Shown piece after piece: positions 1 through 7,450 of a stretch of DNA of 51,765 bases. This DNA is from Chloroflexota bacterium (GTDB taxonomy: Bacteria; Chloroflexota; Dehalococcoidia; GIF9; UBA5629): contig VGNY01000002.1 of NCBI GenBank assembly GCA_016865895.1, positions 1-51,765 on the forward strand. Direction: 5' to 3'. A model generated the notes under the pieces. The model saw only the letters and a program-made list of their open reading frames with translations. It did not search any database and was not told the origin of the DNA. The position numbers and the translations under genes are program-made. Positions within the stretch are counted from its first letter, which is position 1; each line of letters opens with the position of its first letter.

Positions 1-194
1 AGTCATCTGGAAGATGCTCATGCTTGCAGAGCAGAGATTTTGCAGATTGGATGCGCCAGAGAAGATCAAGCTCGTCTATCTCGGCATTGACTTGCATGAG
101 AGTCAAGAAGCTAAGCGGGAGGAGGTACTTGCCGTCGCCTAACCTTTTTACACACCTATTGACAAGACCTCTCGTGGCGTAAGCCCTGTCCGTC

Positions 195-1259
195 TTATTT
201 ACTTACTCTTAGCGTCCCTATCCAGAAATCCACCTGATTTCCTTTGGGACATTCTGCAATGTACTTCCACTGATAGTCACCTGAAGTCGTGAACCAGTAC
301 CTGGCATTTATAGCCACCTTTCCCTTACTCGGAACAGTTACCTTACCATCCGTTGGATAGATAACGAAATTGATTTCATTCCCAGGGCGGTTGGGTGATG
401 ATTCCAGGCGCCAATATATTGGCAATTCAAATGATTCGTAGTTTGCTAAAGTGAATGAAAAAGCTGACGAACGATAATCCAGTGACGTTCTAATTTTCGC
501 ATCGTTTGGCAACTTTACGTCTTCAATCTTCGCGTTCGGCTTGAGTACCGGCTGTTGAGCTGGCTCAGGCATTTGGCCGGACCCAATCCTTAACCACACT
601 CTCAGATCACCCTCACCTTGTTCGTCATGACGACCCACCCCCCAGTTCAATGATGGCGACCAAGTATGCCAATAGTATCCGATAAGCTCCTTATCCGGGA
701 CTGTGGTCTTCAGGATGTCTAGGCCAGGAAATCCAAGCCATTTGCTAAGCACATCTATCTGAGCCTTTGTGACTGGTCCCTTGTTTATGTTGTAGGCTGC
801 AACATAGACTGTCAGTGTCCCGGTTGCCGAGCCAGTGAAGATTACTGGGTCCGTCTTTTCTCTAACTGCCCTAACCTGAAAGAAGTCCATGTCAAAACCA
901 GGAATGCCCTCTGGTGGTATAGAGCGTGTGGCAAGATTCTTTTGTGCATCGCTCACTACTACAACCAATTGAATCTTCGCTAGAGGTTCCCCACCAACTT
1001 GGGGTATCCAACGAGTGTTCCGGACGCCGAAATAGTCAAGGGCAATCCTGATAGATGGTGATTGCACTGGGGCTGGCGTTGTTGTGGGTCGTTCTGTGGA
1101 AGTTGAGGCCGGCGGTTTAGTGGTAGTATCAGATGGTTGTGTTGTTTGTATCGGTATTGAAGTAGGTTCAATGCAACTTGCAACGATGGGTAAAAAACCT
1201 AGAAGATAAAGAAGAGGCACGATTCTTAGCCATCTCATCGGACTATTCCTTGTTGCCAT
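195..1259 (-). CDS. secreted/lipoprotein-like hypothetical protein
   Basis: 354-aa ORF. N-terminal hydrophobic signal ending in Cys (LPIVASC), then a Thr/Pro/Ser-rich linker and a beta-rich body. No catalytic motif recognised. Confidence 0.6.
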   Translation of the reverse strand: MATRNSPMRWLRIVPLLYLLGFLPIVASCIEPTSIPIQTTQPSDTTTKPPASTSTERPTTTPAPVQSPSIRIALDYFGVRNTRWIPQVGGEPLAKIQLVVVVSDAQKNLATRSIPPEGIPGFDMDFFQVRAVREKTDPVIFTGSATGTLTVYVAAYNINKGPVTKAQIDVLSKWLGFPGLDILKTTVPDKELIGYYWHTWSPSLNWGVGRHDEQGEGDLRVWLRIGSGQMPEPAQQPVLKPNAKIEDVKLPNDAKIRTSLDYRSSAFSFTLANYESFELPIYWRLESSPNRPGNEINFVIYPTDGKVTVPSKGKVAINARYWFTTSGDYQWKYIAECPKGNQVDFWIGTLRVSK

Positions 1260-1444
1260 AAAGATTAGCCGAGTATCTGCTCAGCGGATAACGACTGATG
1301 CTTGCAGCCTAATTCAGGCCCCAGTAAACCAATTATAACTGATTTTACAATTATTGTCCAGTATGGTCTATGTAACTCTATTTGTGCCTAATTCACTTCA
1401 GATAGCTAATCTATGTTCTAGCTCAATAATAGTGGAGGAATTAG

Positions 1445-1642
1445 GTGGCCAAAAGAGAGAAGAACAAAAGCCCGTCGGGTATAGAGCGAATATTTCTAAC
1501 GTTTCAGGAAACCCAAGAGTTCCTGGGAGTCAGCCATCAAACGCTGTATAAACTGATGAGCCAAGGGTTGCCATCACACAAGATTGGAAAGAAGCGAGTC
1601 TTTCTCAAGGATGACCTTATCCAGTGGATCAAGAGCCACTAG
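1445..1642 (+). CDS. excisionase-type helix-turn-helix DNA-binding protein
   Basis: GTG start 7 nt after GGAGG. LTFQETQEFLGVSHQTLYKLMSQG...FLKDDLIQWI matches the small excisionase/MerR-like HTH proteins of integrated elements. Confidence 0.7.
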   Translation: MAKREKNKSPSGIERIFLTFQETQEFLGVSHQTLYKLMSQGLPSHKIGKKRVFLKDDLIQWIKSH

Positions 1643-1882
1643 CAGTGGACCTATTCGGGACCCGCTAATACTTACTCATGTGCATTTGCCTTGACGCTTT
1701 TGCTGAAAAAGACAACTCTAGTCCCTCAACATACGATGACTAATCGACGGTGGTGCAATCGACCGTCGCCGTTAGATAGCTCGGCGGTAGCTCACCAAGG
1801 ACGGCCGACTCCTCAGGAATACAGAGAGGTTTTGCCACAAAGAAGACCTGATTACATCATATAAGACAATATTGTTTAGAAC

Positions 1883-1911
1883 TTGACCTGGTCAGAAAAA
1901 TCGGTCATAAT
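1883..1911 (+). promoter_or_regulatory. candidate sigma70-type promoter TTGACC-N17-CATAAT
   Basis: Hexamers read directly at 1883-1888 and 1906-1911. The GGTCA repeat array overlaps it. About 160 nt upstream of the 2080 start. Confidence 0.4.
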
Positions 1912-1940
1912 AGTCAAAAGGTCGGTCAAATAGACGGTCA
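1890..1940. repeat. iteron-like GGTCA array
   Basis: GGTCA at 1890, 1903, 1924 and 1936 plus an AGTCA variant at 1912 (9-13 bp spacing). Inverted TGACC copies lie at 2049-2069, next to the start of the 2080 gene. Confidence 0.6.
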
Positions 1941-2079
1941 GATGTTTATACCCCGTTCCTTATAGCGGTCGCTCGATAACTGCGTGTGGTGGCATCTGAC
2001 TGGGTGACCCCCTCTCTGGTGGGCTCTGGGTAAGAGTGAGAGTTTTTCTGACCGACCGATGAAATGACCGAGGTGGCAT

Positions 2080-3162
2080 ATGAAACAGATTCCCTCTCAG
2101 ACCAAGATGGAAGTCTTAGACCTTTATCTTCAAGGGCTTTCTGGTGATAAGGTATCAGAAAAGACCGGAGTTTCCAAAGGAGCAGTAATATCCATTATTA
2201 AAGACGCCAGAGAGGGAAAATACCCTCAACTTGAGCTCAAAGGCAGAATTGATGAACTTCATAACGTGGCTGTGAGATTAAGAAAGCAGAACCTAGACTT
2301 GACTCAGACGAGGTTGGGGTTTAGCTTTCTTCAGCGGCTGCTGGGTATAGGAGTTGAGTTGGACAGGCTGGAGGAGTGGATTGCGTTTTGCTCTGAAATG
2401 AGTCCTACCCCGACAGAGGACTTCGTCCCTGCAGCTATGGAGCTACTCAATGTTGAGAGAAAAACCGGCTTAAGTTATGCTGAGTTGACCTCGCACATAA
2501 AGGGCCTCACCGATAGACGACAGAAGCTCATTGATGCCGTAGGGGAGCTTGAAGCCAAAGAGAGAAGGCACGGTGAGCTTAAGGCGGAAATAGAGAAGAA
2601 CGAGAAAAGACTTAGCCAACTCACATTGGAGAGGGAACGAATGGAGGCTGGAGTAAACTCCCTGAAGAGCTTTATTCAGAAGCGCTCTGAGGAGCTTGGT
2701 ATTCCTCAAGGTGAGCTTGAGGCAAAACTTCAGGAACTGGCCAATCTTGATGCTGAGATAGCCTGTAAGCGCAGTGAGTGCAACCGCTTACGAGGTGAGA
2801 TAGAAACGCTAATTGAGAGGCATGAAAAACTCTCTTCTCAAATGGAGAAGGCTTCAGCAGACTTTGATCAAGACATTAAACTAATCAGACAAGCGAGGCA
2901 GGAGCTTACTGAAATAGCTGAGCTGAAGGGGAGGTATGAAGCGGAGGTCAAGGATATGGAATGGGCTAAAGGAATACTACCTTTTCTCCGCTACCCAGAT
3001 AAAGTTGATGACCCTGAGTTTAAGCTTGCCTCAATCGTGGTTGGCTGTATTGACAAGTGGCTGCCAAAACAGAGCCTGGGCTTTTCCTGGGGGATAAAAT
3101 GGGGTGATATCACTAAACATGTCCAGTCAAAGAGAACGCAGTTTAAACAGTTTCGTCAATGA
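2080..3162 (+). CDS. HTH plus long coiled-coil protein, function unknown
   Basis: N-terminal HTH-like segment (LSGDKVSEKTGVSKGAVISIIKDA) followed by ~200 aa of Glu/Lys/Leu heptad-rich sequence. ATG preceded by GAGGTGG. Confidence 0.65.
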   Translation: MKQIPSQTKMEVLDLYLQGLSGDKVSEKTGVSKGAVISIIKDAREGKYPQLELKGRIDELHNVAVRLRKQNLDLTQTRLGFSFLQRLLGIGVELDRLEEWIAFCSEMSPTPTEDFVPAAMELLNVERKTGLSYAELTSHIKGLTDRRQKLIDAVGELEAKERRHGELKAEIEKNEKRLSQLTLERERMEAGVNSLKSFIQKRSEELGIPQGELEAKLQELANLDAEIACKRSECNRLRGEIETLIERHEKLSSQMEKASADFDQDIKLIRQARQELTEIAELKGRYEAEVKDMEWAKGILPFLRYPDKVDDPEFKLASIVVGCIDKWLPKQSLGFSWGIKWGDITKHVQSKRTQFKQFRQ

Positions 3163-3658
3163 AACTCGTGAGCTAAAAGAGAAGGTGAGACAGGTCATTC
3201 CCTCATATATAGCCTTGTTTAAGGAGGTATCAGCCTTACCTGAGGAGTTTGAACGTCACTTCTGGGTTTCTGGTGTTGAAGCCTTGCTGCAAACGGTCAG
3301 GGCAGACTATGACAGTTTTCAGGCTCAAGCTCAGAAAGCAGACTTCATTGGCAAGTTCATGACAGTGGGAATAGACATTGTCCTAAAGGCAGGAGGGATG
3401 CAGCCAATAGCGCCACCGTCTCTCCCGAAGCTCGGTGTAACCATTCCACCATCGGGCAAAATAGAACCCGATTGGGAAGGTAATCCGTATAGAGAGCCCG
3501 GAGCGATTTTCGCGACGTATGAGGAGTTTATGGCAATCACCCAGAAGCTTAAAGATAAGTTGCTAAAGGGGACAATTGAGCCAACTAGTGAGGAGGAAAT
3601 CCCCAAGCTGGTGCATAGCCTGGCTCTAAAGTCAGCTCAAGGTTCTCCTGACGAGTAA
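3104..3658 (+). CDS. hypothetical protein
   Basis: 184-aa ORF overlapping the previous gene by 59 nt. The true start may be the ATG at 3119 or a GTG just after 3162. No motif recognised. Confidence 0.5.
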   Translation: MISLNMSSQRERSLNSFVNETRELKEKVRQVIPSYIALFKEVSALPEEFERHFWVSGVEALLQTVRADYDSFQAQAQKADFIGKFMTVGIDIVLKAGGMQPIAPPSLPKLGVTIPPSGKIEPDWEGNPYREPGAIFATYEEFMAITQKLKDKLLKGTIEPTSEEEIPKLVHSLALKSAQGSPDE

Positions 3659-3670
3659 CGGAGGTATGCA

Positions 3671-4765
3671 GTGAACCTATGCAGGATTTGCTTTCAGGAA
3701 GTAACAGGCGGCGTCCCTGTCCCTTCTTGGCATTGTGGTGAAAAAGATGACCGCGCTTCTGTTCACGAGGAATGTCTTGCCAGACAGGTTTCGGATTTTA
3801 TCAATGAAGACCCTCAAAAAGTGGGGCTTCTTCGCTATCTTGTAGAGTTTGAAGAAAGTCACGCTCCTGAAGATTGGGCAAGGGATATATCTGGTGCCAC
3901 GGCAGATGTATCATGGACATGGGACAAGGTAGGAATACCCACATCGAAAATCATGCCTCTGGTCAATGTCGGTCTTTTGGGCATTGTCTTCTCTTCACGA
4001 AGTTCAACTTATTATGCCCTGGTTGGGCGCAAGGTGATTAAGAAAGTGCTCGAGGAAATTAAGAGAGTAAGGGAAAGAGAAAGCCTTCTACCAATTCCCG
4101 ATAAAGAAATAGAAATCCCTGAGAACCTTTTCTCAACGGTTTCCGGTTACGAGGAGATAAAAGCCTTCCTTAAGAAAGTGCTTAAAGCAGAAAGGTTTCA
4201 TGTTCTATTGGTTGGACCTCCTGCTTCAGCGAAGACTGTATTTCTTCTGGAGCTGGCACGCCTACCTGGGAGTTTCTACTGCCTAGGCTCGGCGACTACT
4301 AAGGCTGGAATTGCGGAAATCCTCTATGAGTAAAGGCCGAGCATTCTCCTCGCTGATGAGATAGATAAATTTGAGAGTAAGGACATAGCTATTCTTCTTT
4401 CCCTGGCTGAAACAGGCATTGTAAGAGAGACCAAGGTATCAAAACAGAGGGAAGCTAGGCTAAACACGAGTATCTTTGCCGCGGCTAACTCGGCCAAAGG
4501 TATGCCGAAGGAACTTCTGTCAAGGTTTAGGGTGCTCTATCTACCAGAGTACACCAAAGAAGAGTTCATTCATGCCTCTACGAAGGTGCTTGTCGAAAGG
4601 GAGAATGTTGCCTCTGATCTAGCTGCTTACATAGCTGAGCAGACTTGGGAAGTATCAAGAGATGTGCGAGAAGCTGTAAGGATAGGGAAGATATGCCGGA
4701 GCCGTGATGAAGTGGATGAAGATATTAGGCTGATAAGAAGATATGGGGCAACCATTGTACAGTAG
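3671..4765 (+). pseudogene. Zn-finger + MCM-like (helix-2-insert clade) AAA+ helicase interrupted by one in-frame TAA (4331-4333)
   Basis: ORFs 3671-4333 and 4502-4765 are in the same frame. Translating 4334-4501 in that frame gives RPSILLADEIDKF (Walker B) ... ETGIVRETKVSKQREARLNTSIFAAANS (sensor 1) with no further stop. Walker A is GPPASAKT, and an LLSRF Arg-finger-like motif follows. The N-terminus is CRIC..HC..HEEC. GTG start 6 nt after GGAGG. Confidence 0.7.
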
Positions 4766-4834
4766 CAGATAAGAATGATAAGAAGGCAAGGCAAGGAGGC
4801 GTAATTTAGCCCCCTCTTGCGCCTATACCTATCT

Positions 4835-4863
4835 TTGACATTTCGGAGCGACCCGGCTATACT
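4835..4863 (+). promoter_or_regulatory. near-consensus promoter TTGACA-N17-TATACT with no ORF downstream
   Basis: Hexamers at 4835-4840 and 4858-4863 with an exact 17-nt spacer. It fires into a non-coding segment that ends in a tRNA-like T-arm. Confidence 0.45.
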
Positions 4864-4927
4864 TGAAATCGGAAAGGAGGCAAGCGGTCTCCGCCTTTTC
4901 CACGGGCTAAATGGGGTTCAGGTGGTC

Positions 4928-4952
4928 GGCGGTTCAAATCCGCCCACCCCGA
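4928..4952 (+). other. tRNA 3'-end-like fragment (T-arm + 3' acceptor strand), candidate att site
   Basis: GGCGG-TTCAAAT-CCGCC followed by CACCCCG-A. No complementary 5' acceptor strand within 100 nt upstream, so this is not a complete tRNA. Confidence 0.45.
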
Positions 4953-5116
4953 TATCTGATTTTTCTCTTTTGGTCAGCTACAGGGCGTCACAGTAGGCGA
5001 CAAAGTCTCCAGACATGACATCAAACACACTGTAACCCAAAGGCAGTACACCTAAACTGAACGTCGGAACAATCAAGGCGCTATATCACAGGCTGATAAT
5101 ACAAGAGCTGTTTTGA

Positions 5117-6094
5117 TTACTTTTCAATAACCTGGATTTCTTGTCCTAAAGAATCGGAAAATTCTATGGTCACTTTGTCAATTGATGGGTCATCAGCAGT
5201 TTCAATATCAAAATTGAATACCTGTCCAGGCATAGTAGGACCGTGATGAACATATATTTCGGATTTTACAAGTGTGTTACCATGCCAACAGTTCATGGTA
5301 CATATCACACCTCTCAAAGTGGCACGACTGCTATTCCTTACTGAGCCCTTAATAAAGAGAAACTTTCTCATATTCACCGGCTCAACGTCAAAGCCCGAAG
5401 CATCTTCCGTCCTCCGCCCCCATTCAGACCATTGCAGTTCCAACACGTATGGCGACTTTGGCGCCGGTGTGACCAGAGTGTAATCTGTCGACGCGGCTTC
5501 GTTCCCAGCTTTATCCTTTGACTTCACCCGATAATGATAAATAGTATTAGGCTCAAGACCACTCAAGTTTATACTGTGGGTAGTAGTCAGATTCTCGTTT
5601 GAAGCGACCACAAACCCATAATCTGTAGTCTTCCCATACTCAACCTGACCAGTACTGGGTTCATTTGTTACCCAAGAGATAAGAACCTTTGTCTCTGATT
5701 CATACGAAGCTAGCACATTTGTAATCACAGGCGCCTTGACGTCAGGAGCCGGTGACGGTGCAGCACCGACACTAATAACAACAGACTTGCTGACAGTACC
5801 TCCCGCATTTGTAGCAGTTAAAGTGTAGGCAACAGTCTTAGTAGGCGACAACTTCATTGACCCGGTAGCAGCAACATTACCTATACCCTGGTCAATACTC
5901 ACAGCGGTTGCCCCTTCAATAGACCATCTTAAAATTGTTGACTCACCAACCGTAATTTCACTCGGTGCAGCACTGAAATCAACAATAGCTGGTGGTTTCG
6001 GTCGACAGGCAGTACCCGAACAACAAATCAATAGGAGAACTAGCCACCAAAAAGAGACCAAATACCAGCTATATCTGGCTTTGACGTCAATCAC
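5117..6094 (-). CDS. secreted Ig-like/fibronectin type III domain protein
   Basis: Signal/anchor with a Cys cluster. The central segment VLISWVTNEPSTGQVEYGKTTDYG...LSGLEPNTIYHYRVKSKDKAGN is FN3-like. Confidence 0.7.
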   Translation of the reverse strand: MIDVKARYSWYLVSFWWLVLLLICCSGTACRPKPPAIVDFSAAPSEITVGESTILRWSIEGATAVSIDQGIGNVAATGSMKLSPTKTVAYTLTATNAGGTVSKSVVISVGAAPSPAPDVKAPVITNVLASYESETKVLISWVTNEPSTGQVEYGKTTDYGFVVASNENLTTTHSINLSGLEPNTIYHYRVKSKDKAGNEAASTDYTLVTPAPKSPYVLELQWSEWGRRTEDASGFDVEPVNMRKFLFIKGSVRNSSRATLRGVICTMNCWHGNTLVKSEIYVHHGPTMPGQVFNFDIETADDPSIDKVTIEFSDSLGQEIQVIEK

Positions 6095-6124
6095 TTATGC
6101 CCCCCGGATGGGAGTTTGCTCACC

Positions 6125-6628
6125 TTATCTCCCCAATAGCTTGAATGTTGAGATTATTGAATTGAATTTATGATACTCGTATTCATTCTTGAACGCTGCT
6201 GTGTCCACTTTGTAAAGTCGCTTCTCAGTCTGCTTAAAATAAGCCTCTCCATGATAGAGGCCATACTCAGCCTCCCAATCATAGGAGAGATACCAATCCC
6301 AGAAATCCTGCCTGGGCTCGTTTTCAAACTGTGTCAATTCATTATGCGCCGTCCCCAGAGCCATAATCCAACGGTTAGCAGCATCTCGTGCAGCCATAGG
6401 CGCTGCTACATCTATCATAACCGAAGCTCGGCGGGTCGGAGATACTATAAAGCATTTTGTCCCATCTTCAGACACCTCGACTTGCCAATTAGATGGATAG
6501 CTTATAGCGTATCCCATCTCGCCATTCTTATACGTGGCATAACCAGGCTTACCACAAGCAACAGACGAACTAAGTAACAAAATAATAAGTCCCAAGAACG
6601 AAACCCAACACTTTCTGTAGCTTCTCAC
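6125..6628 (-). CDS. small lipoprotein, PsbP/DcrB-like fold suspected
   Basis: Signal peptide with lipobox-like SSSVACG. YAISYPSNWQVEV resembles the FSVKYPKDWAKQP module seen at 20867 and 34842. Confidence 0.6.
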   Translation of the reverse strand: MRSYRKCWVSFLGLIILLLSSSVACGKPGYATYKNGEMGYAISYPSNWQVEVSEDGTKCFIVSPTRRASVMIDVAAPMAARDAANRWIMALGTAHNELTQFENEPRQDFWDWYLSYDWEAEYGLYHGEAYFKQTEKRLYKVDTAAFKNEYEYHKFNSIISTFKLLGR

Positions 6629-6686
6629 TTAAACCTCCTTATAGTATTACTAGCTAATACTTTTGTCTGATTATACAGCGTTGTAG

Positions 6687-6935
6687 ATAAAGTGTCACCT
6701 ATCATGTGAACAATTTCACGTGCCTGCCGAACGGCTTATACCTATAGCAACCAAAATAGTCGCGACAATTTGCTAGCATTCGCAGATTGCAGTGCAAGCA
6801 TGCAAAGAGGCTATCATTCGGGGTGTTGATACACCAATAAGAGAAAGACTGGCTCACGAAAACTTGCTGTTCCGGAAGCTATTTATCACCAAAGTCTGTT
6901 TAGAGAGCTCTCAAGTGTTTGGTAGGAGAAAATAG
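6687..6935 (+). pseudogene. 3' relic of an enoyl-CoA hydratase (crotonase) gene
   Basis: One frame reads ...HVPAERLIPIATKIVATIC*HSQIAVQACKEAIIRGVDTPIRERLAHENLLFRKLFITKVCLESSQVFGRRK*. This parallels the C-terminus of the intact crotonase at 13026 (VVPREQL..IAKKIANKSPAIL..AFLEKREP). There are in-frame TAGs at 6774 and 6933, and no N-terminal part. Confidence 0.45.
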
Positions 6936-6971
6936 CCCACGCTGGAAGAACTGATAAGGTGAAGCCAAATC

Positions 6972-7436
6972 TCAAATAGGCTCAAAATACTCGATATCGC
7001 GGATATCCCCCTCAGGTTTATCCCTCCATTTAGCCCTCACCGTCATGCCAATCTTGATTTTATCTTTTGCTTTTTCAATGTTGGAGAGATCCACGCCGCC
7101 GATGAAATGAGATATTGCAGTATCGGCACCATCCAAATCTATCAACCCTGCTATGTACGGGGGCTCCATAGGCTGCCCGGAAAATTCAAAGGTAATCAGT
7201 GACCAAGTCTTTACTTTACCCTTGTCGCTCACTTGAACCCACTCTGTAGCATCCTCAAAGCAGCGAGGACAAAACTTCCTGGCCGGAACAAGCACACGCT
7301 TACACTTAGGACACTTAGTTCCCATTATTCTCTTATTTTTAAACTCTTCAAAAAACCTAGTGATTACCGGGCCCATTGCCCATCTGTAGGGCAACGCAAT
7401 CTTTCCTTCTATAATTCTTGATTCCGCTTTTGCCAT
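6972..7436 (-). CDS. DUF35 Zn-ribbon/OB-fold acyl-CoA-associated protein
   Basis: CPKCKRVLVPARKFCPRC zinc ribbon followed by an OB-fold-sized C-terminus. Sits downstream of two thiolase-fold genes. Confidence 0.85.
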   Translation of the reverse strand: MAKAESRIIEGKIALPYRWAMGPVITRFFEEFKNKRIMGTKCPKCKRVLVPARKFCPRCFEDATEWVQVSDKGKVKTWSLITFEFSGQPMEPPYIAGLIDLDGADTAISHFIGGVDLSNIEKAKDKIKIGMTVRAKWRDKPEGDIRDIEYFEPI

Positions 7437-7450
7437 CTTAAGCCTCCTTT

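Noticed and set aside
1-97. A short open frame on the minus strand starting at ATG 97-95 and running off the left edge (MQVNAEIDELDLLWRIQSAK...).
   Set aside because: Only 32 codons are visible, there is no RBS and no recognisable motif. I cannot support it as a gene.
1354-1551. A 65-aa ORF overlapping the excisionase-type gene.
   Set aside because: The overlapping frame at 1445-1642 has a good RBS and a recognisable HTH motif. This frame has neither.
4331-4333. Genome-wide reassignment of TAA as a sense codon to explain the in-frame stop in the MCM-like gene.
   Set aside because: TAA cleanly terminates other well-supported genes in the window at the expected protein ends (for example 3656-3658, 13809-13811 and 14697-14699). 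A global code change is therefore not supported.
2080-4765. The left-hand unknown genes as an anti-phage defence system (coiled-coil protein plus ATPase).
   Set aside because: I recognised no nuclease, methylase, TIR, Sir2 or other effector motifs. The ATPase motifs fit a replicative MCM-type helicase, and the context (excisionase-type HTH, iterons, tRNA fragment) fits a replicon. A defence role is not supported but not excluded.
4865-4952. A possible complete tRNA or tmRNA gene ending at the T-arm/acceptor-like sequence.
   Set aside because: No 5' strand complementary to CACCCCG lies at tRNA or long-variable-arm distance. Only 187 nt are available after the preceding ORF, which is too short for tmRNA. 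The 3' end does not resemble the tmRNA acceptor. I kept it only as a 3' fragment.
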